Origin: Feifaniaceae bacterium
GTDB taxonomy: Bacteria > Bacillota > Clostridia > Christensenellales > CAG-138
Direction: 5' to 3'
Length of the DNA: 24,000 nucleotides
Assembly (NCBI GenBank): GCA_035561315.1
Contig: DATMXR010000268.1
Coordinates: forward strand, 2,951-26,950
Of this stretch, positions 15,680-23,704 are shown in pieces. Made by a program: the position numbers and the translations under genes. The notes beneath the pieces were generated by a model. It ran no database searches. It was given only the letters and a program-made list of their open reading frames with translations, and was not told the DNA's origin. The number at the start of each line of letters is the position of its first letter. Position 1 is the stretch's first letter.

Positions 15680-15741
15680 CTGCTCAACATCCGCATGCTT
15701 GAACATTGCGGCGCCTGAAATCCACGGCAAAGGAACATGAT

Positions 15742-16770
15742 ATGCGATACATCGACCTTCGGAGCGATACCGTAACCCAGCCCACCCGGGCCATGCGGGA
15801 GGCCATGGCGAACGCCCCCGTAGGGGACGACGTATACGGCGACGACCCCACCGTAAACGAACTCGAGCGCCTCGCCGCGGAGCGCCTCAACAAGGAAGCC
15901 GCCCTGTTCGTCGCCAGCGGGACGATGGGCAACCAGCTTTGCGTCATGGCCCAGACCAGGCGCGGGGACGAGGTGATCGTGGGCGACGAGTCCCACGTGT
16001 TCGTGCACGAGGTGGGCGCGGCCGCCGTGCTTTCCGCCGTGACTTTGCGGCAGCTGCATTTTGAAAACGGCATGTTCGACGCCAAAGAGATCGAGCGGGC
16101 CATCCGCACGGAGGATATCCACGAGCCGCCCACAACGCTTATCTGCATGGAAAACGCGCTCTCCAACGGCCGCGTCGTACCCCTTTCCACCATGGCGGAG
16201 GTGTACGCGGCCGCGAAAAAGCATGACCTCAGGGTGCATCTCGATGGCGCGCGCCTCTTTAACGCCGCGGTGGCGCTGGGCGTGGACGCAAAGGAGATTA
16301 CGCGGTATGCGGACACCGTCTCCTGCTGCCTCTCAAAGGGCCTGTGCGCGCCGGTCGGTTCCGTTATCGCCGGGGACAGGGCGTTTATCGAGCGGGCAAG
16401 GAAATACCGCAAAATGCTGGGCGGCGGCATGCGGCAGGCCGGTATACTGGCCGCTGCGGGCATATTGGCGCTTACGGATATGACCGGGCGCCTGATAATC
16501 GACCATGAGAACGCCAAATATATGGCGCGGGAATTAAACAAGCTCCCCGGCGTCACGGCGGACGCGAACGCGGTGGACATCAACATGGTGTTCTTCCATG
16601 TGGAGCGGGAACGCGCCGTATTGGAAGCCGTGCAGGAAACCATGCTGAAGGAAGGCGTGAAGATCAACGGCGAGTGGGAGGGCAACTTCCGCTTCGTCAC
16701 CTCCAACGACGTTTCCCGTGCGGATATCGATACAGCCATAGCTGCGCTCTCCCGCGCGATCGGCTGTTAA
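15742..16770 (+). CDS. ltaE: Low-specificity L-threonine aldolase (PLP-dependent)
   Basis: ORF track 15706..16770. Start set at ATG 15742 (MRYIDLRSDTVTQPTRAMREAMANAPVGDDVYGDDPTVNELE..., the family-typical N-terminus). ...CLSKGLCAPVGS... contains the PLP-lysine context. Confidence 0.85.
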   Translation: MRYIDLRSDTVTQPTRAMREAMANAPVGDDVYGDDPTVNELERLAAERLNKEAALFVASGTMGNQLCVMAQTRRGDEVIVGDESHVFVHEVGAAAVLSAVTLRQLHFENGMFDAKEIERAIRTEDIHEPPTTLICMENALSNGRVVPLSTMAEVYAAAKKHDLRVHLDGARLFNAAVALGVDAKEITRYADTVSCCLSKGLCAPVGSVIAGDRAFIERARKYRKMLGGGMRQAGILAAAGILALTDMTGRLIIDHENAKYMARELNKLPGVTADANAVDINMVFFHVERERAVLEAVQETMLKEGVKINGEWEGNFRFVTSNDVSRADIDTAIAALSRAIGC

Positions 16771-16776
16771 TATTTA

Positions 16777-17571
16777 TTACGCCGCCTGCAGCCACTTCTG
16801 CTGCGCGGCGTTCCAGCGGGCGTAGAGCAGGCGCGCGATCCACGCGTCGGGCACGAGTTTCCCAAGCACGCTCAGCGTGCGGTTGACTGCGCCGGGAATA
16901 TACACGCGTTTCTTTTTCAGCGCGCGGGAAAGCGTGTTCCGCGCCACGGCGCTCAGTTCGTTGGTGGTGGCGCGGCCCCAGAAGCCCTGCGCCTCTATGC
17001 CGGAAAGCGCCTCCTTCGTGGTGGGGAGGCCGCCGGGGCAGAGTGCCAGCACATGCACGTCTTCACACGCAAGCTCGTGGCCCAGCGCCATGGAAAAATC
17101 CAGCAGGAAGCGCTTGGAGGCGGCGTACGTCGCCTTGAGCGGGATGGGGTAGAGCGAGGCGAGGCTCGATACGTTTATGATATGGAACGCGCCCTCCGCC
17201 CGGCGCTTTAACGCCGCGTGGGTCACGCGCAGCGTCGCTTCTATGTTGAGCCGCACGATTTTGATGAGCGTCTCGCTTTCCCGTGAAAGGAACGCGCCCT
17301 CGTAATCCACGCCCGCGATATTTAACAGCAGGTTTAATCGGATGCCCTCGGCGTCCAGGCGCTCAAACAGGGCGTTCGCTTCGGCCGCATCCGTCAGGTC
17401 GCATGCGTGGGTGCGCGCCGTAACGCCGTATTGGCGCGTGACGCCGCGGGCAATGTCATGAAGCGGCTGCTCCTTTAAATCCGTCAGGTACAGGTCATAT
17501 CCGCGCCGCGCGCACTCCGCCGCCATGGAGCGGCCCAATCCGCCCGAAGCGCCCGTAATCAAGGCGATCAT
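16777..17571 (-). CDS. SDR-family NAD(P)-dependent oxidoreductase
   Basis: MIALITGASGGLGRSMA (TGxxxGxG) and the YAASK catalytic motif. The start ATG overlaps the upstream stop (ATGA at 17568..17571). Confidence 0.85.
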   Translation of the reverse strand: MIALITGASGGLGRSMAAECARRGYDLYLTDLKEQPLHDIARGVTRQYGVTARTHACDLTDAAEANALFERLDAEGIRLNLLLNIAGVDYEGAFLSRESETLIKIVRLNIEATLRVTHAALKRRAEGAFHIINVSSLASLYPIPLKATYAASKRFLLDFSMALGHELACEDVHVLALCPGGLPTTKEALSGIEAQGFWGRATTNELSAVARNTLSRALKKKRVYIPGAVNRTLSVLGKLVPDAWIARLLYARWNAAQQKWLQAA

Positions 17572-18440
17572 ACCGCTTCCTCCTTCTGAAATTCCTCAAA
17601 CCGGACGCCGCAAAGCTGCTCGCTGAGTTCGAACATCCGCCCGATATGGGCGGGGTCGTCCGCGTAGCCGGAATACGGGGCCAAAGCGCAGTTGTGGTAA
17701 TATAATCCTTCCGGCGCGGGCATGTGGCTGCACACATAGGCGAACGTCTGCGCGGGGACCTCGGGGGATACGCCGTGCCGCTTTCGGAGCGACCACACAA
17801 AGCGCACCAGCCCTCCCGTTTCCTTGCAGCCGATCTCGGTGTTGACAAGGCCGGGGTCGACGACGTACATTTTGACTCCCGTTTCCGCCAGCTTCTGGTT
17901 GAAGCCCCGGGCGAACAGCATGGCGCAGAGCTTGGATTGCTTGTAGGCGGTCAGCGGGTGGTACCGCTTTTGCAGCATCAGATCGTCCCAGTGGACGCGC
18001 ATGTTCTTGTGGGAGCCGCTGCCCGTCCACAGCACGCGGCCCTTTGCTTCTATTAGCTGCGGCAGCAGCCGGCGGGTGAGCAGCACGCCTGAAAGATAGT
18101 TGAGCGCAAGCTGCTGCTCGTAGCCTTCCGCCGATGTCGTATAGTAGCTGCGCACGCAGCCCGCGTTGAGTATCAGGGCGTCTATGCCCGCGGTCCCGCT
18201 CCGCTGCAGCTGCGCCGCAGCCCCGTCCGCGGCCAGATGCACCTGGGATTGGTCGGTCAGGTCATGGCAAAGGAACGTGACGTCCGCGTCCGGCAGCAGG
18301 GAAAGTATCGTCGCTTTTGCCTTTGCGCAGCGTTCCCCGCGGCGGCCTATGCCGATCACGCGCCAGCCCTGCTCCAGCAAAGCCTTTGCGGCGGCGAAGC
18401 CGATGCCGGACGTCGCGCCGGTGATAACGGCTGTTTTCAT
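17568..18440 (-). CDS. SDR-family oxidoreductase (retinol-dehydrogenase-like subgroup)
   Basis: ORF track 17568..18467. Start set at ATG 18440 (MKTAVITGATSGIGFAAAKAL...) after GAGGAGG. YKQSK catalytic motif. 4-nt overlap with the upstream gene. Confidence 0.85.
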   Translation of the reverse strand: MKTAVITGATSGIGFAAAKALLEQGWRVIGIGRRGERCAKAKATILSLLPDADVTFLCHDLTDQSQVHLAADGAAAQLQRSGTAGIDALILNAGCVRSYYTTSAEGYEQQLALNYLSGVLLTRRLLPQLIEAKGRVLWTGSGSHKNMRVHWDDLMLQKRYHPLTAYKQSKLCAMLFARGFNQKLAETGVKMYVVDPGLVNTEIGCKETGGLVRFVWSLRKRHGVSPEVPAQTFAYVCSHMPAPEGLYYHNCALAPYSGYADDPAHIGRMFELSEQLCGVRFEEFQKEEAV

Positions 18441-18844
18441 TTTCGCACCTCCTCGATCCGCTCGCATGCCGCGGCGGGCAGGTAGAGCGTAAGTTTCATT
18501 TCATACGGCTGCGGGAACATGCCCAGAAACTCGTTCGGGAAGGGCGTTTCCGTGATTGTCAGCGTGCCGTCCGCCACGTTTACGGAAACGACCCGGTCAA
18601 ACTCCGGGGGCCGCGGCAGCCAGGCGTTCACATAGACCTCCGCGCGGTAATCCTCCGTCACCGGCACGGCGGTGACTTCTGCACAATGGAGGCTGAGCTC
18701 CACGCGCTCCATGTGTTCTATTGGATAGCTCTTGGTTTCCGCGTACGGGCGGATATGCCCCGTACCCAGGGCGATGCCGGTGGCGGCGATGACGCCGGCG
18801 AGGCCGATCGCCAATAAAAGAACCAATATCTTCGTGCGTTTCAT
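18437..18844 (-). CDS. Membrane-anchored hypothetical protein (135 aa), occupying the position usually held by a DUF4097-like protein in PadR/DUF1700 operons
   Basis: ORF track 18437..19099. Start set at ATG 18844 (MKRTKILVLLLAIGLAGVIAATGIALG...). ATGA overlaps at both ends (18841..18844 and 18437..18440). Single N-terminal TM segment, then a beta-rich-looking ectodomain. Confidence 0.65.
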   Translation of the reverse strand: MKRTKILVLLLAIGLAGVIAATGIALGTGHIRPYAETKSYPIEHMERVELSLHCAEVTAVPVTEDYRAEVYVNAWLPRPPEFDRVVSVNVADGTLTITETPFPNEFLGMFPQPYEMKLTLYLPAAACERIEEVRK

Positions 18845-19404
18845 CGCGCATCCCCCTTTCTCTTCGCGCGCATCAGCCGCTCCGCCATATAGGGGAGGCG
18901 CCCGATTGTCCTGCGCCAGAGCGCCGCGCACCCGCGCGTGCTTAAGAGCCCGGCGCTCACGAACATCAGCGTCAGGGACCCGCCGAGCGGCGCGTAGATC
19001 ATATCCGCCTTTATCAGCATGAACACCATATACGCCAGCGCCGCGGTCCCCGCGGCGACCAGGGCGAACGCCGCCGCGAACAGCGTAATCAGCACGCACA
19101 GCGCCGCAAGGTACAGGCAGCCCATGACGAGTCCGCCCAAAAGCTGATACCGCGCGATCGCGCCGAGCATGTGCAGCACGCTGTTTATGCCGCTTGCGCG
19201 CTGGGCGCGCTCCACGGCGCGGTCCGCCGTGAACATGCGCCCAAGCTGCCTGGGGTCCCCGAGCGCCGCGGCGATCGCGGCGTCGGATTTTCCCTTTCGC
19301 CTGCCCGCATCAAAGTGCTCGCGGTAGTCCGAAAGGATATCCTCCTTCTGCTCCGCGCTCATGCGCCCGAGCGCTTTAGAGAGCAAATCCAAAAATTCAT
19401 TCAT
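18841..19404 (-). CDS. DUF1700-family membrane protein (PadR-associated)
   Basis: ORF track 18841..19413. I prefer ATG 19404 (MNEFLDLLSKALGRMSAEQKEDILSDYREHF...), 9 nt after GGAGG. DUF1700-typical N-terminal helical domain followed by TM helices. It overlaps the padR stop by 8 nt. Confidence 0.7.
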   Translation of the reverse strand: MNEFLDLLSKALGRMSAEQKEDILSDYREHFDAGRRKGKSDAAIAAALGDPRQLGRMFTADRAVERAQRASGINSVLHMLGAIARYQLLGGLVMGCLYLAALCVLITLFAAAFALVAAGTAALAYMVFMLIKADMIYAPLGGSLTLMFVSAGLLSTRGCAALWRRTIGRLPYMAERLMRAKRKGDAR

Positions 19405-19717
19405 GCGCCGCATCCTCCGTCAAGTCCCGTACGCTTTTGGTAAAGTCCGTCCAATCCGCCCGAAGCGCCTCCTCCGCGTCCTTTCCCGCCTGGGTCAGGC
19501 GGTAGTATTTGCGCGGCGGGCCTCCGGAGCCGTCCGAAAGATAGGTTTCGCACAACCCGTCCGCCTTGAGCTTTCGCAACAGCGGGTAGAGCGTTCCTTC
19601 CGCGATCTCGATGCTGCCGGAGATCTTTTCCGCCAGCTCGTACCCGTAGTAATCCCGCTTCCTTAAGAGCGAGAGCACGCAAAGGTCCAGCACGCCCTTT
19701 TTAAACTGCGCGTTCAT
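19397..19717 (-). CDS. PadR-family transcriptional regulator
   Basis: KGVLDLCVLSLLRKRDYYGYELAEKI...GTLYPLLRKLKADGL...RKYYRLTQAGK is a canonical PadR wHTH. Confidence 0.9.
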   Translation of the reverse strand: MNAQFKKGVLDLCVLSLLRKRDYYGYELAEKISGSIEIAEGTLYPLLRKLKADGLCETYLSDGSGGPPRKYYRLTQAGKDAEEALRADWTDFTKSVRDLTEDAAHE

Positions 19718-19738
19718 GTCTCACCTCATTCGACATCG

Positions 19739-19767
19739 TTCACTACTAAACATTGTTCAGTACTGAA
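19739..19767. promoter_or_regulatory. Candidate tandem PadR operator
   Basis: Perfect 12-bp palindrome TTCAGTACTGAA (19756..19767) plus a 10/12 degenerate copy TTCACTACTAAA (19739..19750), 17 nt centre-to-centre. Both lie between a TTGACG -35-like element (minus, 19792..19787) and the padR ATG. Confidence 0.4.
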
Positions 19768-19816
19768 ATAAAAATAACACCCTCCGCGTCAAGACACAAG
19801 AGGGAATTTTTAAAAG

Positions 19817-20449
19817 TCAACGCGCCATATGGGAAAGCACGATCAGCAGCATGCCTTCTTTGACCTCGATATGCGCTTCCTCCGCCGTAAACGAGTTGCT
19901 CACCGCCATGGGGTTGCTTTGGGTGATCGTGGCGCCGGTGAGCGGATATTTGACCCCGCTTGTCGTGACGCCCGTGCAGCGCTCCGTAAAGGAAAGCAGG
20001 GAAAGAGAGCAGCTTTCCTCACGATGAAGCGTCAGCGCGCCGTCCTTTAACAGTATCGCGCGGTCGTCGTCCCCGGCAAGCTCCGCGCGCATGCCGTTCG
20101 ATACGGCGAACGCGAGCGTCTGCAAATTGGCGAGCGTATGATCGAGCCGCCCGCCGATCCCGCCCAATATGACGCATTCCCCGCATCCATGGGCAAGGGC
20201 CCTGCGCGCGCAGAGCATGGTATCCGTGTCGTCCTTTTCCACCGGCACCAGCTCCAGCATGGCCTCCGGGGGAACGGCGCCGGTAAGCGAGTCGAGATCG
20301 CCGATCACGCGGTCGGGTATCAGGCCCGCCCGCGCCGCGTGCGCGTACCCGCCGTCCGCGCAGAGCACGAGGTCCCCTTCGCGCGGGGTATACAGGTCAA
20401 AAAGCGCGTTTTTAAGGTATGCGGTGATGATGATGCAGCGCTTGCCCAT
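19817..20449 (-). CDS. thiN: Thiamine diphosphokinase
   Basis: AGGAGG RBS. ...VLCADGG...DRVIGDLDS...EKDDTD...ILGGIGGRLDHTLANL... is the TPK catalytic-domain pattern, followed by the C-terminal thiamine-binding beta domain. Confidence 0.85.
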   Translation of the reverse strand: MGKRCIIITAYLKNALFDLYTPREGDLVLCADGGYAHAARAGLIPDRVIGDLDSLTGAVPPEAMLELVPVEKDDTDTMLCARRALAHGCGECVILGGIGGRLDHTLANLQTLAFAVSNGMRAELAGDDDRAILLKDGALTLHREESCSLSLLSFTERCTGVTTSGVKYPLTGATITQSNPMAVSNSFTAEEAHIEVKEGMLLIVLSHMAR

Positions 20450-20650
20450 ATTGCCTCCTGGCTTTATTGTCCTTATAGAATACCCTATTTTGGGTTCTCA
20501 TGCCAGCGCGGAATGAACCGGGCAAAGCAAAAACCTTTATTTTGATTCCAAATCATATGCCTTCGCAGGGGGCGGTGTCTACATCGCGCCGCGTTGCTTT
20601 GGGACGGGCGGATGCGGGCATACCCTGAACTGCGGCGGACTTTCTTGAAC

Positions 20651-20679
20651 TTGCAAAAAACGGATAAGCGCCGCATACT
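20651..20679 (+). promoter_or_regulatory. Candidate promoter of the second AraC-family gene
   Basis: TTGCAA (20651..20656), 17-nt spacer, CATACT (20674..20679). An alternative TGATATGAT lies 10 nt downstream. Confidence 0.4.
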
Positions 20680-20720
20680 GCCGCGTGATATGATAGGTAC
20701 ACCGATCGGGGAGGAAAAAC

Positions 20721-21611
20721 ATGGACTACAGAGCGTGCATCCAGAACAGCGTGAATGAGATCGAAAGCTGCCTGAAGGAGGAGATCACCGTGGAGCGGCT
20801 GGCCGCTTCGGCGGGGTTTTCGCCCTATCACTTTTACCGCGTATTCCAGGCGTATGTCGGCATGCCCGTCATGAGCTATGTGCGCTACCGCCGCCTTGCG
20901 CACGCGGCGGCGGAGCTTGTGAATGGCAAGCGCGTTCTCAATGCCGCTTTGGACTGGGGCTTCGATACCCACGCCGGGTTCACCCGCGCATTTACCAAGG
21001 CGTTCGGCGCGCCGCCGGAGCGTTACCGCCTGCACGGCGCCGGCCGGGTACCCGCCCCGGTGGACCTCAACCAGCTATGCGGCTATCAATTAACGGGAGG
21101 AATCGTAATGGAACCGAAAATAATCACCCGGCCCGCGTTTTATGTAGCGGGCTACCATCTTCGCACCACGTCGGTGAACGGGGAAAACAGCAAGGCGATC
21201 CCCGCTTTCTGGCAGGAGTATCTCAAAAACGACATGCATACGCTGCACGGCGCGTTTACACCCGTGAGCCACACCGAGTATGGAATCTGCATGGACACGG
21301 ATATCGAAACGGGCGAGTTCTCCTATGTCATCGGCGTGGAAACGGCGGACCCGGACAGCGTGCCGGAAGGGTTCCACAAGGCGCTCGTGCCCGCGGCGAC
21401 ATACGCTGTGTTTACTACCCCGCCGTCGGACAGCGAAGGGTTCGTCGCCTCTATTCAGGGCACCTGGTCCTTTATCTATGAGCGGTGGTTTCCGGCCTCC
21501 GGCTACGAATACGCGCCCGGCTGCGCGGACTTTGAGCTGTACGACGAGCGCTGCATGGGGGAAAAGGGCAAGCAGATCGACATCTACATCCCCGTGGTGA
21601 AAAAGGCGTAA
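20721..21611 (+). CDS. AraC-family transcriptional regulator with GyrI-like effector-binding domain (second copy in window)
   Basis: GGGGAGG RBS. HTH region ...FSPYHFYRVFQAYVGMPVMSYVRYRRL...WGFDTHAGFTRAFTKAFGAPP...; C-terminus ...WSFIYERWFPASGYEY.... Confidence 0.85.
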   Translation: MDYRACIQNSVNEIESCLKEEITVERLAASAGFSPYHFYRVFQAYVGMPVMSYVRYRRLAHAAAELVNGKRVLNAALDWGFDTHAGFTRAFTKAFGAPPERYRLHGAGRVPAPVDLNQLCGYQLTGGIVMEPKIITRPAFYVAGYHLRTTSVNGENSKAIPAFWQEYLKNDMHTLHGAFTPVSHTEYGICMDTDIETGEFSYVIGVETADPDSVPEGFHKALVPAATYAVFTTPPSDSEGFVASIQGTWSFIYERWFPASGYEYAPGCADFELYDERCMGEKGKQIDIYIPVVKKA

Positions 21612-21619
21612 CAATCACA

Positions 21620-21655
21620 ACACAGGGCCCGCCGCAAAAACGGCGGGCCCTGTGT
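21620..21655. terminator. Strong hairpin between convergent genes (bidirectional terminator candidate)
   Basis: ACACAGGGCCCGCCG-CAAAAA-CGGCGGGCCCTGTGT, a perfect 15-bp stem. The flanking tracts are only moderately U-rich (TTTGCC on plus). Confidence 0.65.
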
Positions 21656-21666
21656 TTGCCTGTCCG

Positions 21667-22041
21667 TTAAGAGCGCAGCAGCTTTGCGGCGGCTATCCCC
21701 AGCGCCGCGCCGCCCAGGCTGAAAGCCACGTTCAGGCCCACGTTCAGAAAGCCCGCGCCGTAATTTCCGGCGGAAAACAGGCTGACCGTCTCGTAACTGA
21801 ACGCGGAAAACGTCGTGAACCCGCCGAGTATCCCCGTGACAAGAAATATTCTCGCCTCCGGGGAAATGCGGTTTTCCCCGAGCGTCATGACAAGGCCGAT
21901 CAGGAACGCGCCAAGCGTATTGACGATGAGCGTCGCGTAGGGGAACTGCGCCCCCAGAAGCTTCGGGGCAAGCAGGTTGACCAGGTAACGCAGGACGCAG
22001 CCGATAAAGCCGCCAAGCCCCGCATAGAGCGCCTTGAGCAT
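21667..22041 (-). CDS. crcB: Fluoride ion channel CrcB/FluC
   Basis: ORF track 21667..22059 starts at a TTG; ATG 22041 (MLKALYAGLGGFIGCVLRY...) follows GGAGG by 5 nt. GGFTTFSAFS motif and four TM segments. Confidence 0.9.
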   Translation of the reverse strand: MLKALYAGLGGFIGCVLRYLVNLLAPKLLGAQFPYATLIVNTLGAFLIGLVMTLGENRISPEARIFLVTGILGGFTTFSAFSYETVSLFSAGNYGAGFLNVGLNVAFSLGGAALGIAAAKLLRS

Positions 22042-22065
22042 ATGATCCTCCAAAATCAAAGCGCG

Positions 22066-22944
22066 TTATCGCGCCGCGCGGTCCATCAGATACCCTTCCA
22101 TGCCGTCCGCGTCGCTGACACGGAGCGCCCCGATATCGAGCCGCTTCATCAGCCCCCATACGATCAGGGCGCCGAACGGTATGATGTCGTGCCGGTCGGT
22201 GAGCAGCGGATGCTTCCGCCGCGCGTCTCCCATGGCAAGGAGATCTTCATACAACGAAAGCACGCCGTCCTGCGCGAGCGTTTCGCGGTTGACGCGGAAG
22301 CTGTCGTATTCCGCAAGCCCCGCCTGCAGCGCGCCCAGCGTTGTGACGGTGCCGCCCACGCCCGTCCAGCGTTGTTCCCCGATACCGGAGAGCCTGTCCG
22401 CTATCGTCCGGTCCAGCCAAGCCTCCACGGCCCGCGGGAGTTCCTTCTGCGCAAGGCCTTCGCACAGCTCCTTTGCCCGCACGCAGCCGACGGGGAAGCT
22501 GTGCGCCAGCTTCGGCGTGATGACCTGCGCGCTGCCGCCGCCGACGTCGATTAAGCCCCCGCCAAATTGCCCCGCCGCGCCCAGGTACGCAAGCCGCGCT
22601 TCCTCGACGCCGGTGAGCACGTCCACGTCTATGTTACAGTTTTCGCGTACGCGGCTTAAAAATACTTTGCGGTTTTTCGCGTCCCGGACGGCGCTGGTGG
22701 CGTAGGCGTATATTTCTTTTGCGCCCTGCTCCGCGGCGAGGGCGCAAAAATCGGAAACGGCCGCAAGCGAGCGGGCCGTGGCGGCCTCCTGCAGGCAGCC
22801 GGTATTTAATATTCCTTCCGCCAGCCGCGTGGTTACGAGGCGCTTAGGCGCAAAAGCCGCCACGCCCTGCGGCGTGACGGAAGCACAAAAGTACCGTATG
22901 GAGTTGCTGCCGATGTCGATGACGGCGGCGCGGATCTCGTTCAT
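22066..22944 (-). CDS. Ppx/GppA-family phosphatase (exopolyphosphatase-like, N-terminal ASKHA domains only)
   Basis: AAVIDIGSNSIRY, ATSAVRDAKN and DVGGGSAQV motifs. The start ATG overlaps the divIC stop (ATGA, 22941..22944). Confidence 0.85.
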   Translation of the reverse strand: MNEIRAAVIDIGSNSIRYFCASVTPQGVAAFAPKRLVTTRLAEGILNTGCLQEAATARSLAAVSDFCALAAEQGAKEIYAYATSAVRDAKNRKVFLSRVRENCNIDVDVLTGVEEARLAYLGAAGQFGGGLIDVGGGSAQVITPKLAHSFPVGCVRAKELCEGLAQKELPRAVEAWLDRTIADRLSGIGEQRWTGVGGTVTTLGALQAGLAEYDSFRVNRETLAQDGVLSLYEDLLAMGDARRKHPLLTDRHDIIPFGALIVWGLMKRLDIGALRVSDADGMEGYLMDRAAR

Positions 22945-23240
22945 TCCTGCGGCGTGTCCCTGTAAAATTTATAATCGTCGGGGCTGACGTAGCCCAGCTT
23001 TTCACGCGCGTACTGCATCATGTAATCGTCGGTCTGCACGTACCCCAGCATGCCGTTGAGGCGTTGCTCCTCAAGCAGCATGGCTTCGTAGCTTTCGTTG
23101 AGCTGCGTCTTTTCCTTTTCGATCTCCGCGAGCTTCGCGCTCTGGGAGAAATAGATGAACATTAGCGCGAGCAGCACCAAGCAGCACCCCAGCAGGATAT
23201 GCTGCGGCCGCAGCAACGCGTGTTGTCTTGCTTTCCTCAT
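22941..23240 (-). CDS. divIC: Septum formation initiator family protein (DivIC/FtsB)
   Basis: ORF track 22941..23273 begins at a TTG; ATG 23240 (MRKARQHALL...) follows GAGGGTGAG. One TM segment then a coiled coil (LAEIEKEKTQLNESYEAMLLEEQRL), and ...YAREKLGYV. It sits after yabP-yabQ, as in B. subtilis. Confidence 0.75.
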   Translation of the reverse strand: MRKARQHALLRPQHILLGCCLVLLALMFIYFSQSAKLAEIEKEKTQLNESYEAMLLEEQRLNGMLGYVQTDDYMMQYAREKLGYVSPDDYKFYRDTPQE

Positions 23241-23298
23241 AGCGCTCACCCTCGCTTTTGTATATCGAAACAATTGCGCGCGAGTTTAGCGTATTCAA

Positions 23299-23325
23299 GC
23301 CGCAGATAAACCATTTATTTGCGGC
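23299..23325 (-). other. Hairpin in the yabQ-divIC spacer
   Basis: GCCGCAGATAAA-CCA-TTTATTTGCGGC: 12 pairs, one of which is a wobble on plus and a mismatch on minus. No U-tract follows on either strand. Confidence 0.3.
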
Positions 23326-23386
23326 GGTTACGGCGCATGCGCGGCGTTTTCCTGTGACACTGTTCCATATCAAAGGCGTATTGTTA

Positions 23387-23704
23387 TTATAACATCCATT
23401 TTCTTGCAAGTATAGAGTGAAACAAGTTAAAAAACAGAGAACTCAGGCTCCATTGCTCCAAAAAGAATCCGCAGACAAATCCCAAAAGCAAATAAACGCG
23501 CGCCTCTCCGCCCGTGGCGAAGAACAGGCTTGCAAAAAGCAGCCCCGTCGCGCCCAAAACAAACAGCCCGTCGCACAGCGAGCACAGTAAGCGCCCGCGG
23601 AATATGCGGCGGATCAGGCGGAACCCGTCATATAAAATCCCCGTGGCGGCACCCCCGTACAAAAGCGTAAGGAAGGCCGCGGGCTGGAGCAGGGTGTTGC
23701 TCAT
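23387..23704 (-). CDS. yabQ: Spore cortex biosynthesis protein YabQ
   Basis: Small polytopic membrane protein with GILYDGFRLIRRIF, which fits my recollection of the YabQ family pattern. ATGA overlap with the yabP stop (23701..23704). Confidence 0.75.
   Translation of the reverse strand: MSNTLLQPAAFLTLLYGGAATGILYDGFRLIRRIFRGRLLCSLCDGLFVLGATGLLFASLFFATGGEARVYLLLGFVCGFFLEQWSLSSLFFNLFHSILARKWML

Noticed and set aside
20482-20519. THI-box-like string ACCC...GGGTTCTCATGCCAGCGCGGAA next to thiN.
   Set aside because: It lies on the plus strand, while thiN is on the minus strand. It lacks the CTGAGA and GGGGTGC elements and the P4/P5 pairing of TPP riboswitches. The nearest plus-strand gene is an AraC regulator 200 nt away. 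It is most likely a chance resemblance.
20485-20676. 63-aa ORF on the minus strand in the thiN/AraC intergenic region.
   Set aside because: It is highly basic and low-complexity, has no RBS, and overlaps the candidate promoter of the AraC-family gene.
22042-22065. Fluoride riboswitch upstream of crcB.
   Set aside because: Only 24 nt separate crcB from the upstream gene, which leaves no space for the ~60-nt aptamer.
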